Of a stretch of 64,000 nt of DNA, positions 50,192-61,118 are shown piece by piece. How positions within the stretch are numbered: the stretch's first letter is position 1; every line of letters begins with the position of its first letter. The stretch is from positions 2,464,001 to 2,528,000 of the forward strand of contig OY759353.1 of NCBI GenBank assembly GCA_963662315.1. Reading direction: 5' to 3'. A program made the position numbers and the translations under genes. The stretch is from Geopsychrobacteraceae bacterium (GTDB lineage Bacteria; Desulfobacterota; Desulfuromonadia; Desulfuromonadales; Geopsychrobacteraceae). Below the pieces are notes generated by a model. The model was not told the origin of the DNA. It saw only the letters and a program-made list of their open reading frames with translations, and ran no database searches.

Positions 50192-52330
50192 ATGAGTATT
50201 TTTGAAAAGAAAACCCTTGCCGACTGGGAACAGCTGGCGAAAAAAGAGAAAAAAACAGACGATCTCTCCAATTTCAAATGGGAGAGCCCGGAAGGCATCA
50301 CGGTAAAGCCGCTGTACACTGCTGCTGACATCGAAGGCTTTGAAACTGCCGACACCCTGCCAGGCATTGCACCTTTTGTTCGCGGACCTATGGCAACCAT
50401 GTACGCAGGCCGCCCCTGGACTGTTCGTCAGTACGCTGGTTTCTCCACTGCTGAAGAATCAAATGCCTTCTACAAACGTAACCTTGCCGCTGGCCAGCAG
50501 GGCCTTTCCGTTGCTTTTGACCTGGCAACCCACCGCGGTTACGATTCCGATCACCCAAGGGTTGTCGGTGATGTCGGTAAAGCTGGCGTTGCCATCGATT
50601 CCGTTGAAGATATGAAAATTCTCTTTGATGGCATCCCTCTGGACAAAGTCTCCGTCTCCATGACCATGAATGGTGCGGTTATGCCGATCCTGGCCAATTA
50701 CATCGTTGCCGCAGAAGAGCAAGGCGTCAAGCCGGAGCAACTCGCAGGAACTATCCAGAACGACATCCTCAAAGAATTCATGGTGCGTAATACCTACATT
50801 TACCCACCAACACCATCGATGAAGATTATCGGCGATATTATGGAGTACACCAGCCAGTACATGCCACGCTTCAACTCCATTTCCATTTCCGGTTATCACA
50901 TTCAGGAAGCCGGCGCCAACGCCGCCCTGGAACTGGCATTCACCCTTGCCGACGGCCTTGAATACGCACGTGCCGCGATGAATAACGGGCTCGACATCGA
51001 TGCTTTCGCACCGCGTCTGTCATTCTTCTTCGCTATGGGCATGAACTTCTTCATGGAGATTTCAAAACTGCGCGCCGCACGTTTCCTGTGGGCCAAATTG
51101 ATCAAGCAGTTTAATCCGAAAAATCCAAAATCGACCATGCTACGTACCCACTGCCAGACCTCAGGCTGGTCACTGACCGAGCAAGATCCCTACAACAACG
51201 TTGTCCGGACCACTATCGAGGCGATGGCAGCAGTTCTTGGCGGTACCCAGTCCCTGCACACCAATGCCCTTGACGAAGCCATTGCATTGCCGACCGACCA
51301 CAGTGCCCGCATCGCACGCAATACCCAGCTCATCATTCAGGAAGAGACCCAGATCTGCAAAGTCATCGACCCACTGGGCGGCTCTTACTATGTTGAAAGC
51401 CTCACCAAGCAGCTGATTGATGAAGCTCAGAAAATTATTGATGAAATCGAAGAACTCGGTGGCATGACGAAAGCGATCGAGTCCGGCATGCCGAAACTGC
51501 GTATTGAAGAATCCGCAGCCAAGAAACAAGCAGCCATCGACTCCGGCCGAGACGTTATCGTTGGCGTCAACAAATACAAACTGGCCAAAGAAGATCCGAT
51601 CGAAGTTCTTGATATCGACAACACTGCAGTTCGGGAGTCTCAGATCAAGCGTCTCACCAAAATGCGTGCCGAGCGTGACGAAACTGCTTGCCAGGCAGCC
51701 CTTGCAGCTATTACTGCAGCCTGCGAAAGTGGCGAAGGCAACTTGCTCACCCTCAGCGTTAACGCAGCCCGCCTGCGTGCCTCTGTTGGTGAAATTTCTG
51801 ACGCCATGGAAAAAGTTTTCGGCCGTCACCGTGCCGAAATCAAACTTGTTTCAGGAGCATATGGTTCTGTCGTGAATGAAGATACCGATTTCAGTGATCT
51901 GCAAAAGCGCGTCGAAGCCTTTGCTGCCAGCGAAGGTCGTCGTCCTCGTATCCTGGTTGCCAAAATGGGTCAAGATGGTCACGACCGTGGCGCCAAGGTT
52001 GTCGCAACGGCTTATGCCGACGCCGGCTTTGACGTTGATGTCAGCCCACTATTCATGACCCCTGAAGAAACTGCCAAAATGGCCGTCGAAAACGACGTTC
52101 ACGTTGTTGGGGTTTCCAGTCTGGCAGCCGGCCACAAAACCCTGGTTCCACAACTGCGCGACGAGCTTCAAAAACTTGGCGCTGAAGATATCAAAATTGT
52201 CTGCGGTGGCGTTATCCCTCACCAGGATTACGATGCCCTCTACGCAGCTGGTGCCGCCAGAATCTTTGGCCCGGGTACCCCGATCATCACTTCGGCTACC
52301 CAGACCCTGGATGCTATCGAAGGCAAGTAA
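50192..52330 (+). CDS. scpA: Methylmalonyl-CoA mutase (B12-dependent)
   Basis: [26 protein letters not shown]. Confidence 0.97.
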   Translation: MSIFEKKTLADWEQLAKKEKKTDDLSNFKWESPEGITVKPLYTAADIEGFETADTLPGIAPFVRGPMATMYAGRPWTVRQYAGFSTAEESNAFYKRNLAAGQQGLSVAFDLATHRGYDSDHPRVVGDVGKAGVAIDSVEDMKILFDGIPLDKVSVSMTMNGAVMPILANYIVAAEEQGVKPEQLAGTIQNDILKEFMVRNTYIYPPTPSMKIIGDIMEYTSQYMPRFNSISISGYHIQEAGANAALELAFTLADGLEYARAAMNNGLDIDAFAPRLSFFFAMGMNFFMEISKLRAARFLWAKLIKQFNPKNPKSTMLRTHCQTSGWSLTEQDPYNNVVRTTIEAMAAVLGGTQSLHTNALDEAIALPTDHSARIARNTQLIIQEETQICKVIDPLGGSYYVESLTKQLIDEAQKIIDEIEELGGMTKAIESGMPKLRIEESAAKKQAAIDSGRDVIVGVNKYKLAKEDPIEVLDIDNTAVRESQIKRLTKMRAERDETACQAALAAITAACESGEGNLLTLSVNAARLRASVGEISDAMEKVFGRHRAEIKLVSGAYGSVVNEDTDFSDLQKRVEAFAASEGRRPRILVAKMGQDGHDRGAKVVATAYADAGFDVDVSPLFMTPEETAKMAVENDVHVVGVSSLAAGHKTLVPQLRDELQKLGAEDIKIVCGGVIPHQDYDALYAAGAARIFGPGTPIITSATQTLDAIEGK

Positions 52331-52465
52331 GATCCAACGTACCCTGACTATCAGGGCACGATGAACGACCGCAGGAGCCGGAATATTATCAAAAAATATT
52401 CTGGCTCCTGCCATAATATCGACTCTCCATCCCGACCAACACGAAACAAACCGAAGGTGAACATT

Positions 52466-53443
52466 GTGTCTGATATCAAGCAAATCGCCGAAGGAACATT
52501 ATCCGGCAATCTTCGCTCCCTTGCCAAAGCCATCACGCTCATCGAAAGCCGCAACCCGGAGCACAATAAAAAAGCCGGTGAGCTGCTCGATATGCTCATG
52601 CCCCATACCGGCAATTCAATTCGTGTTGGCATCTCAGGGGTTCCCGGAGTTGGCAAAAGCACTACCATAGAAGCCCTCGGGATGGATTTACTCAAGAGGG
52701 GGCTTAAGGTTGCCATTCTGGCGGTGGACCCATCCTCACAACTTTCAGGCGGATCAATCCTTGGGGACAAAACCCGGATGGAACTATTAGCGCGCGAAAA
52801 AAACGCCTTTATCCGTCCTTCCCCATCCGGAGATACGCTGGGCGGCGTAGCACGCAAAACCCGTGAAACCATGATGGTCTGCGAAGCCGCCGGATACGAT
52901 ATCATCATTGTCGAAACGGTTGGTGTCGGTCAGTCTGAAATAACAGTTGCATCAATGGTCGATTTCTTTTTATTGCTCCAGTTAGCAAATGCCGGTGATG
53001 AACTGCAGGGAATTAAAAAAGGGGTTATGGAAATCGCCGATGCCATTGTCATCAACAAAGCAGAAGGGGATAACCGCCCGCGGGCAGAGCTAGCTCGCAG
53101 CCAGTACATTAATGCCCTCCACCTGCTCAAACCCAAAAGCAAACACTGGCAGGTCCCTGCCATGCTGTGCAGCGCACTGCACAACCAGGGCATTACAGAG
53201 ATCTGGGACATGGTTGAACAATTTGTCACAACCATGAAAGAACATAACGAGTTCGACACCAAACGACGCCTGCAGGCAACGGACTGGATGTGGACCTTGG
53301 TCATGGACGGCCTCAAAGATCAGTTCATGCAGGATAAAAACGTAACGGCAATGATTGATCGTGTTCAAGCCGGCGTTGCAGCAGGTACAACATCACCAAG
53401 CGTAGCCGCCAGAAGACTTCTGGAGGCATTTAATCGATACTGA
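52466..53443 (+). CDS. meaB: Mutase-associated GTPase MeaB
   Basis: GVPGVGKST, VDPSS, ETVGVGQSE, NKAE; probable GTG start. Confidence 0.95.
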   Translation: MSDIKQIAEGTLSGNLRSLAKAITLIESRNPEHNKKAGELLDMLMPHTGNSIRVGISGVPGVGKSTTIEALGMDLLKRGLKVAILAVDPSSQLSGGSILGDKTRMELLAREKNAFIRPSPSGDTLGGVARKTRETMMVCEAAGYDIIIVETVGVGQSEITVASMVDFFLLLQLANAGDELQGIKKGVMEIADAIVINKAEGDNRPRAELARSQYINALHLLKPKSKHWQVPAMLCSALHNQGITEIWDMVEQFVTTMKEHNEFDTKRRLQATDWMWTLVMDGLKDQFMQDKNVTAMIDRVQAGVAAGTTSPSVAARRLLEAFNRY

Positions 53444-53556
53444 CCCGAACACCACACGGCAATGATCAAAATGATCAATGTCGCCGCTTAAAACCACAGC
53501 GGCCATTGATTTACATAATCAACAGATATTCGCTACGAACAAAGGAGCACAACACA

Positions 53557-53961
53557 ATGACTAAAAAAGTAAGCCATATTGGCGTTGCAGTAAAAGACCT
53601 TGAAGCGTCCATTCCTTTCTACCGCGACATGCTCAACATGGAATTCGAAGGAACTGAAGTTGTCGAAGAACAAAAAGTCAAGGTCGCCTTTCTGGTTACG
53701 GGAGAAACACGTATCGAGCTTCTCGAAGCAACCAGCGAAGATTCTCCTATCGCAAAATTCCTCGAGAAAAAAGGTGAAGGCGTTCATCACGTTGCCTACG
53801 AAGTGGCCGATATAGAAGCGGCTATTGCCGATCTGATGGCCAAAGGCATTCGCATGATCGACGAAAAACCTCGTCTTGGTGCCCACAATAATCTGATTGC
53901 CTTTATCCATCCAAAAGCAAGCGGCGGCGTTCTGACCGAAATCTGCCAGCCTCAGCACTAA
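53557..53961 (+). CDS. mce: Methylmalonyl-CoA epimerase
   Basis: HIGVAV, EQKVKVAF, GVHHVAYEV, GGVLTE; operon context. Confidence 0.95.
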   Translation: MTKKVSHIGVAVKDLEASIPFYRDMLNMEFEGTEVVEEQKVKVAFLVTGETRIELLEATSEDSPIAKFLEKKGEGVHHVAYEVADIEAAIADLMAKGIRMIDEKPRLGAHNNLIAFIHPKASGGVLTEICQPQH

Positions 53962-54202
53962 TCTAAAGCAGGCAGGGCTGCCCATTGCGTCTGCCCTGCC
54001 TGCTTTTCCCCATCCCCTAGCCACCCATACAGACTCCCTTATATTTTTTTCAGTCAGGTCCTCCACAAGCAACACCCCATTATCCTTAACCCCAAAGAAT
54101 CTTTATTTTTTTTAATTTGACTAACATCAACAAAGAAATATACTAGTGACGATTTTCATACGGAACACATCATAACCAGCCAGACAAGCAAACCAGGTGA
54201 TT

Positions 54203-54700
54203 ATGCCCGGACGAACACATTGCATAGCAGCTCTTTTACTGGCGTTGTCAATTCTGCCGGTTACCTGCTTTGCCCTACAAAAAGGGGACAGTTTCCCAGA
54301 CTTGTCAGGACAAACGCTGGAAACCGAAGATTTTGATTTTGCACAGCTAAAAGGACACCCATTCCTGCTCAAAATCGGCACGACCTGGTGCCCGGCATGT
54401 AAAGAGCAAAATACCGAAATCACCAAAATATCCGACATTCTGAAAGCTGAAAAAATCAGACATATTGAAGTTTTTGTTCAAGAATCAGAACAGACCGTAC
54501 GGCGCTTTTTGGACAAATCGAATGAAAAAATGCCAGACATCGTCTTAATGGACAAAGGAACCATCGCCAGGAGCCTTAATGTATTCGCTATTCCTCGGGT
54601 GCTATTAGTTGATAAACACTTTATTGTATTTAGTGACACCAACCCTGTTGATGCGGACTTTCTAAAGAAAAGCATTCAGAAAATGCTAACAAAGAATTAA
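54203..54700 (+). CDS. TlpA-like periplasmic redoxin
   Basis: Signal peptide, TTWCPAC, IP motif. Confidence 0.85.
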   Translation: MPGRTHCIAALLLALSILPVTCFALQKGDSFPDLSGQTLETEDFDFAQLKGHPFLLKIGTTWCPACKEQNTEITKISDILKAEKIRHIEVFVQESEQTVRRFLDKSNEKMPDIVLMDKGTIARSLNVFAIPRVLLVDKHFIVFSDTNPVDADFLKKSIQKMLTKN

Positions 54701-54897
54701 CACAAAAGAAGCTTAACAAGTGCTATCAATGTCCGTCTGCCAAGTTTAATAGCATCACAATGTGGTATACAATACACACGGTGTGTTGCAACACAACAAC
54801 ATAACGGCTTAGCTGGACAATAGCCATACTCGGCAGAATTATTAAAAGACGCTGTTTTTCAGTAGGTTGCCGGCACAAATAATAGAACATCATTATC

Positions 54898-54913
54898 TGG
54901 CACAGAACCTGCT
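54898..54913 (+). promoter_or_regulatory. Sigma-54 (-24/-12) promoter
   Basis: TGGCACAGAACCTGCT with exact GG-N10-GC spacing; IHF-like site 54857-54869; palindrome TGTGTTGCAACACA 54782-54795. Confidence 0.75.
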
Positions 54914-54968
54914 AAAGAAAAAATCTGTTAATGAGTGTTTTAAATAGGTTGACCGGAGAAAGATCACA

Positions 54969-55103
54969 TTGTACAAATTCATAGTTTTATTCATATCGGC
55001 GATATTATTAATGTCTTTAACCGCATGTGCCAGCACTCCCAAAACAATCAGGGTCAAGTGTCCGGCATGCGGTTACGAGTTTGACGTTCAGCCGGAAAAC
55101 TGA
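54969..55103 (+). CDS. Small lipoprotein with CxxC (44 aa)
   Basis: RBS GGAG, TTG start: MYKFIVLFISAILLMSLTAC-ASTPKTIRVKCPACGYEFDVQPEN; lipobox LTAC. Confidence 0.75.
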   Translation: MYKFIVLFISAILLMSLTACASTPKTIRVKCPACGYEFDVQPEN

Positions 55104-55210
55104 GGTATTCAAAACGTCAAATCTCATTAAAGTTTTCACTGAGCAGAGTGAAACACGGTTTTCAAACGCCGAGTGGTTCGGCAATTTTCTTACCTAGGAG
55201 GTAACAAAAG

Positions 55211-56386
55211 ATGAGCAGAATTTTGAAAGTAATGATCGTCCTGCTGGCGATCGCAGCAATGGTAACACCAGTAATGGCAGAGGATCGTCTGAGCCTGAAT
55301 GGTCAAATGCGTGTTCGTGGTTTCTACATTGACGACGACACTGATTCCACCCAATCCCTTGTGGATCAACGTCTGCGTACCGGCGGTAAATACAGCATCG
55401 CTGAAGGCGTTAGTGTGACCTTCCGTTTTGACGTTACCGAAGCTACCTGGGGTAGCGGCACCGACGCTTATGGTCTGCGTAGATCTGACAACAGCAGCAT
55501 GCAGTGGGACCGCGCGCACCTTGATCTTGACTTCGGTTCTTTCAAACTCCGTGCTGGTCAAATTTGGGCCGGTGCTGGCGTGACCAACGTTGTTGATGCT
55601 GAAAGCAATGGTATCCAAGTTATCGCAGGTCCAGTTAAAGCTTTTGTTATGCTGACTGACGACCAAGGTAGCACCAAGGCTGCAGACGATTATCTGTGGG
55701 CTGTTACTTACGGCCAAAAAATTGATACCGTTAAATTCGACGTGGTACTCGGTGGCCAAGTTGGTAACGGTGGCGAAGAAGTATACCTTGTCAGTGCTGA
55801 CGTCGTTGCTAACCTCGACGCTCTGACCCTGACCGGTGAACTCGATTACTTCACTGGCGACGCTTCTTCAACTCAAGACGCAATGGGTACTCAACTGTAC
55901 ATTGCTGCTGATTTCGCAGCGACCGAAACCGTTACCGTAGGTGGTAAAGCGTTCTATGCTCTTGCTGCTGACACCGACGAAGCTCAATACACCGTCCTGG
56001 GCAACAACTTCTCCGACTGGAAACCTCTGACTGCTATTCTCAACGGCAATGGCGACATCGCTGGTGAGAGAGGCCAGAAATACTCCCGTCCTTTCTCTGC
56101 ATTTGAAAGTACCAATGGTGCGGGTGTTATCGGCATCAATGCTAACGCAAAGGTTAAAGCTACTGAGGCTCTGAGCGTTGCTGGTAGCGTTTCTTACCTG
56201 ATGCCAGAAGATGACGATATGACTACTACTGATTCTGCTATCCAGATCGTTCTTGCTTCATCCTACGAAATGCTGAAAAATGCGTACCTGAATGCAACTG
56301 TTCAGTACACTAGCTATGACGAGACAGACAATACTAAATCTGACAACCAATTTCTTGCTGGTGTTGGTCTGTTCGTAAACTTCTAA
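55211..56386 (+). CDS. Major outer-membrane porin (possibly OmpJ-like)
   Basis: Strong RBS AGGAGG, signal peptide, LSLNGQMRVR, amphipathic beta strands, terminal Phe, codon usage typical of high expression. Confidence 0.85.
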   Translation: MSRILKVMIVLLAIAAMVTPVMAEDRLSLNGQMRVRGFYIDDDTDSTQSLVDQRLRTGGKYSIAEGVSVTFRFDVTEATWGSGTDAYGLRRSDNSSMQWDRAHLDLDFGSFKLRAGQIWAGAGVTNVVDAESNGIQVIAGPVKAFVMLTDDQGSTKAADDYLWAVTYGQKIDTVKFDVVLGGQVGNGGEEVYLVSADVVANLDALTLTGELDYFTGDASSTQDAMGTQLYIAADFAATETVTVGGKAFYALAADTDEAQYTVLGNNFSDWKPLTAILNGNGDIAGERGQKYSRPFSAFESTNGAGVIGINANAKVKATEALSVAGSVSYLMPEDDDMTTTDSAIQIVLASSYEMLKNAYLNATVQYTSYDETDNTKSDNQFLAGVGLFVNF

Positions 56387-56412
56387 TCCCGATTAGAAGC
56401 ACGCTACAAACG

Positions 56413-56446
56413 AAAAAGCCCGCTGTTTTCACAGCGGGCTTTTTTT
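56413..56446 (+). terminator. Terminator after the porin
   Basis: AGCCCGCTGT-TTTC-ACAGCGGGCT followed by a T run. Confidence 0.9.
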
Positions 56447-56566
56447 ATTTTCAAGACTCACCTATCGCCCTTTTCATTTAGACTGAAAATCGCTAGAATA
56501 CGCACTTATCTCGCAAATCTGTTTACAACTTAAGATAAACCCAAAATTCGACACAGGCATGACATA

Positions 56567-58300
56567 ATGAGACGCATTCTTGTTTTATTACTTTTTCTGA
56601 CATTTTTAGTTACAGACCTTGCAGTTGCCAAACCTCTTGAGCTAAAGAAGGACTTCTCCTCCATAAACGGCGTTATCATCATGCCCGTTAAGGATCAATT
56701 TTTAATCGATCTGGACTCTGCCAGCGGTGTCAGCCAAGGAGATATTTTTACTTTAATCAAGGAGGGAGAGAAAGTCATTCACCCAGTGACCAAGGAAATC
56801 CTGGGCTCGCTTGATGTCCCCACAGGATACGTCCAGGTAACCCAGGTTAAAACTGGCTACTCTTACGTAAAGCTCCTTCAATCCACAGTTCAACCACATA
56901 AAGGCGATAGGATAAAGCGTTTCGACCAGGTTCCTGCCACAATTGATGCGACGGTACCTACAGAACTGAAGAATCAAATACGTTCAGATCTACCACAGTT
57001 CAACTGGACAACCGAAAAACCATTAATAGTATTCAGCATTATTGACAATATTCTAACAGCAACAACCATAGATGGTTCAACAATCAAGGATTACCCAATA
57101 GCCGAAAACAGCCCAGAGCTTGCGCCTGCCCCCACTCCAACAGCTGCTATTGAACAAGCTCCTGCACCAGCAGATCCTTTTACTATACAGAGCCAGCAGA
57201 GAGAAAACCGTTCGGTCCTCAATTCTACAGTGAATAGCATGCTTGACACTATTGGCCTTGGAAATAGTAACAGCCGCCTTGAAGCTCCCGGAATCATTTA
57301 CAGTAATCAGCAAAACTCAAATGTCTGGACTAGCACCCCATTCCCTGGAGAACCATGCGGTGTTACAGTTGGCGATTTCGATAAAGACAACCAACAGGAA
57401 ATTGCATTAGTCGTAGACAATGAACTACATATGGTTCGCATTACCTCAAACAACATTCAAGAACTTGAAACTTATTCTGTTAACAATGCGACAACAATCC
57501 TTGGCATTGATTCCATTGATGTTGACAATGATGGTTATCCGGAAATTATTATTAATTCAGTACATGACTCTCATAAGTTAAATAGCCAAATCATTCAATT
57601 TGCCGGGAATAACTTTATTTCCCTCGCTACGAAACTACCCTGGTATTTACGCGCAATTAACCTTCCTGAAACCGGTCGTGTTTTACTTGGTCAGCAATTA
57701 GGCCTTCCGGACTCTCCCTTCGCGGGCCCGATTACACAATTCACCTGGAATAAGAATGGTCTAACTGCTGGATCTCCCCTTAAAGTACCGTCCGGAACTA
57801 CAATTTTTTCCCTAAACGCATTTTCTTCGCAGGCCGGTCAACATTTGTATACGGCAATTTCAAATCAGGACAAACTCCGTATTTTTTCGGAAAAGGGAGC
57901 TAGTCTATGGGAATCCGGAGATATTTTTGGTGGTTCGGAAACCTCATTCTATGCTCGTGCAGAACAACACGATGAAATGTTACCCTTAACCTTTGTCCAG
58001 CCGAAATCTGAAGTAATTAATGGGACCACCATTCTCGTAGCGCAGAATGACGGCAGCCGCCTTATGCAACGCTTTCGGAGCTACGATCCAAGTCGCATTG
58101 TTGCCCTGTCCTGGGATGGTGCAATGATGAAAGAACTATGGCACACCATAAATCAGCCTGCCTATCTGGCCGATATCGCAGTTGCCGATGCCGATAATGA
58201 TGGAAAAGTTGAACTGGTAACACTTGTTCGCTTCAAAGATAGTGATGTTATTTCAAAAACCGAGAGCAATCTGGTTCTTTATCAGCTAGATAAAAATTAA
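56567..58300 (+). CDS. Exported FG-GAP/VCBS repeat protein
   Basis: Signal peptide; GDFDKDNQQEI, DVDNDGYPEI, ADADNDGKVEL. Confidence 0.85.
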   Translation: MRRILVLLLFLTFLVTDLAVAKPLELKKDFSSINGVIIMPVKDQFLIDLDSASGVSQGDIFTLIKEGEKVIHPVTKEILGSLDVPTGYVQVTQVKTGYSYVKLLQSTVQPHKGDRIKRFDQVPATIDATVPTELKNQIRSDLPQFNWTTEKPLIVFSIIDNILTATTIDGSTIKDYPIAENSPELAPAPTPTAAIEQAPAPADPFTIQSQQRENRSVLNSTVNSMLDTIGLGNSNSRLEAPGIIYSNQQNSNVWTSTPFPGEPCGVTVGDFDKDNQQEIALVVDNELHMVRITSNNIQELETYSVNNATTILGIDSIDVDNDGYPEIIINSVHDSHKLNSQIIQFAGNNFISLATKLPWYLRAINLPETGRVLLGQQLGLPDSPFAGPITQFTWNKNGLTAGSPLKVPSGTTIFSLNAFSSQAGQHLYTAISNQDKLRIFSEKGASLWESGDIFGGSETSFYARAEQHDEMLPLTFVQPKSEVINGTTILVAQNDGSRLMQRFRSYDPSRIVALSWDGAMMKELWHTINQPAYLADIAVADADNDGKVELVTLVRFKDSDVISKTESNLVLYQLDKN

Positions 58301-58327
58301 TCAAAATCGGCAGTGATATAACAACTT

Positions 58328-60106
58328 ATGAACATACTTTCTCTAAACCAGATCACCCTTGCTTTTGGCGGCCCGTTGCTGCTTGACCATGTCAACCTGC
58401 AGATCGAATCAGGAGATCGCATCTGCCTATTAGGCCGCAATGGTGCAGGCAAATCAACACTGTTGCATATTCTGAATGGGGACCTGCCTGCCGACAGTGG
58501 CGATATCATTCGTTCGCAAGGCCTGCACACGGCCTATGTCCCCCAGGAATTTCCAGGCGACTGGTCAGGTACCATCCTGTACTACCTCGAACAGCAACAC
58601 CCTGATGCCAGTGACACCTTAGTAAAAATCCAGATCGAACAGGCGCTGAGTCAACTTGAGCTCGATCCGGACGCTCAGGTGACATCCCTGTCCGGCGGAC
58701 AGAAGCGCCGAGTTCTGCTTGCCGCGGCTTTAAGTCACGAACCGGATCTGATCCTGCTGGATGAACCAACCAACCATCTTGATATCGACGCTATCAAGTG
58801 GCTTGAAAGCTTCCTTCTCAAACTGAGGAAAACACTTATTTTCATCAGCCACGATCGTACCTTTGCAGCAAACCTGGCAACCCGAATTCTTGAGCTGGAC
58901 CGAGGACAACTACACGACTACAAATGTGGCTTCTCAGCCTACCAGGAACGCCGCCAGGATGTATTGAATTCCGAAGAGAAAGCCTGGGCACGTTTCGACC
59001 AGAAACTGGCCGAAGAGGAAGTCTGGATTCGCAAAGGGATCAAAGCCCGCCGGACACGCAATATGGGCCGTGTCCGTGACCTGCAGAAAATGCGTGAGGA
59101 ACGCCGCCAGCGCCGTGACCGGACGGGCAAGGTCAAACTTCAACTTGACGAAGCACCACGCAGTGGTCAGATGGTAGTCGAAGCCCACGATGTATCATTT
59201 GCCTACGCTGCCGGAGCACCGATTATCCATCACCTGAACTTGCGTATTATGCGCGGTGACCGTATCGGTCTTATCGGCCCTAACGGCGCAGGAAAATCGA
59301 CTTTACTAAAGTTGATAACTGGAGAATTGCAACCGACATCAGGCCAACTGAAGCACGGTACCAACCTGCAGGTTGCCTACTTTGATCAGATGCGCGATCA
59401 GCTTGATGAAGAAGCCACTGTTAAATTCAATATTGCTGAAGATCATGACCAGGTTCTGATTGGCGACAAACCCCGCCATATTTATGGCTATCTGCAGGAT
59501 TTCCTGTTTACTCCTGACCGTGCCCGCACACCAGTCAAGGTGCTGTCCGGTGGAGAAAAAAACCGTTTACTGCTCGCCAAACTGTTTCTTCAGCCCGCCA
59601 ACCTGCTGGTTCTTGACGAACCGACCAATGACCTGGACATGGAAACCCTCGACCTTCTGGAAGAGTTGATCGCAGATTATAAAGGGACGGTACTGCTGGT
59701 CAGTCATGACCGGAGCTTCCTTAATAATATTGTCACCAGCTCTCTGATTTTCGCCGGTCAGGGGCACGTTGAGGAATTTATCGGTGGCTACGATGATTGG
59801 CTTGCAATGCAAGAGCCCGAGAAGGTTATCCTGAAAGAAAAGAAAGACAAACCCGAGCCACCGCGCAAACAGAAGCCGCGTAAATTGTCGTTTAAAGAGA
59901 AGCGTGAGCTGGGCGAGTTACCGGAACGCATTGATCAGCTGGAAACCCTGCAAACCAGCATACATACACAGCTTGCCAACCCCGAATTGTATAGAGAAGC
60001 TGACAGCAGCAAGATAACTCAACTAAAAGAACAACTGGAACAGGCAGAAACAGATCTTGCTGCAGCCTATGTGCGCTGGGAAGAATTGGATCAGATACCC
60101 GAATAG
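58328..60106 (+). CDS. uup: ABC-F ATPase, Uup-like
   Basis: Two ABC cassettes, EEVWIRKGIKARRTRN linker, KLSFKEKREL C-terminal coiled coil. Confidence 0.9.
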   Translation: MNILSLNQITLAFGGPLLLDHVNLQIESGDRICLLGRNGAGKSTLLHILNGDLPADSGDIIRSQGLHTAYVPQEFPGDWSGTILYYLEQQHPDASDTLVKIQIEQALSQLELDPDAQVTSLSGGQKRRVLLAAALSHEPDLILLDEPTNHLDIDAIKWLESFLLKLRKTLIFISHDRTFAANLATRILELDRGQLHDYKCGFSAYQERRQDVLNSEEKAWARFDQKLAEEEVWIRKGIKARRTRNMGRVRDLQKMREERRQRRDRTGKVKLQLDEAPRSGQMVVEAHDVSFAYAAGAPIIHHLNLRIMRGDRIGLIGPNGAGKSTLLKLITGELQPTSGQLKHGTNLQVAYFDQMRDQLDEEATVKFNIAEDHDQVLIGDKPRHIYGYLQDFLFTPDRARTPVKVLSGGEKNRLLLAKLFLQPANLLVLDEPTNDLDMETLDLLEELIADYKGTVLLVSHDRSFLNNIVTSSLIFAGQGHVEEFIGGYDDWLAMQEPEKVILKEKKDKPEPPRKQKPRKLSFKEKRELGELPERIDQLETLQTSIHTQLANPELYREADSSKITQLKEQLEQAETDLAAAYVRWEELDQIPE

Positions 60107-60166
60107 TGAAGCTATTCGGGATTTGAGATTTCAGAGACATGAGCGGAGACACTGTGGCCGATCATC

Positions 60167-61000
60167 TCACCCCTGTCCGGGATTCAACTCGGCTCCACAA
60201 GCCTTACAATACTGCGCGTCATCGTCATGTCCCTCGGAACCACATTCTGGACAAGACTGTGTTGATGAGGGCCGATTAAAAGTCAATTCTGACGTTACGA
60301 TACCGGTCGGGATGGCAATGATACCATATCCGACTATCATCACCAGCGAAGCAATCGCCTGCCCCAAATTGGTTTGCGGGGAAATATCCCCATAACCAAC
60401 CGTTGTCATCGTAACCACAGCCCAATATATTGACCGCGGAATGCTGGAGAAACCATGCTCCGGCCCTTCAACGATATACATACTGGCACCAAAAATAACC
60501 ATGAGCAGACAGACCGTAAAAAGAAAGACAAGTATCTTGCGCCGACTGGCCCATATGGCCCGTTGCAAGTAAGCTGACTCACCCACATACTGAACCAGCT
60601 TCAGAACCCGGAAGATTCTGAGCAGCCTCAGCACCCTGATAACCAGGAAGTATTTTCCTGCGGGTAGTAATAGGCTAATATAACTCGGCAGAATCGATAA
60701 CAGGTCGATGATACCGTAAAAGCTGCCCATATATTTCAATGGGCTCCCGATGCAGCTTAGGCGCAGCAGATATTCAATGGTAAAAAGAAGAGTAAAAAAC
60801 CATTCAAGAACAAAAAACAGCTCTCCGTAATCAACATTAATAGCCGCGACGGTATCGAGCGTTACGACCAGCACACTGATCAGAATACTAAAAATCAGCA
60901 GTATATCGAACAGCTTCCCTGCAGGGGTATCTGCTTCAAAGATAATTTCGTGAAGACGTTGCCTAAGCGAACCGGCCCCCTTCTCAACTGGCAATGACAT
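60167..61000 (-). CDS. Voltage-gated K+ channel (ion transporter) with C-terminal zinc ribbon
   Basis: S4 RVLRLLRIFRVLK, TTVGYGD filter, CPECG...CKACG. Confidence 0.92.
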   Translation of the reverse strand: MSLPVEKGAGSLRQRLHEIIFEADTPAGKLFDILLIFSILISVLVVTLDTVAAINVDYGELFFVLEWFFTLLFTIEYLLRLSCIGSPLKYMGSFYGIIDLLSILPSYISLLLPAGKYFLVIRVLRLLRIFRVLKLVQYVGESAYLQRAIWASRRKILVFLFTVCLLMVIFGASMYIVEGPEHGFSSIPRSIYWAVVTMTTVGYGDISPQTNLGQAIASLVMIVGYGIIAIPTGIVTSELTFNRPSSTQSCPECGSEGHDDDAQYCKACGAELNPGQG

Positions 61001-61118
61001 AGCTACCTTTGCCGCCAATAGGCGGAATTTTACATTGAATGGTTCCAACTATCAGACATATGTAAAAACAATAACTTTCAGTATACAATCTGTCACTCAA
61101 GGGATATGCCATACCCCC

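Noticed and set aside
56567..58300. Apparent AT enrichment suggesting horizontal acquisition
   Set aside because: Judged by eye only; no mobility genes or boundary repeats, and fast-evolving surface proteins often look like this
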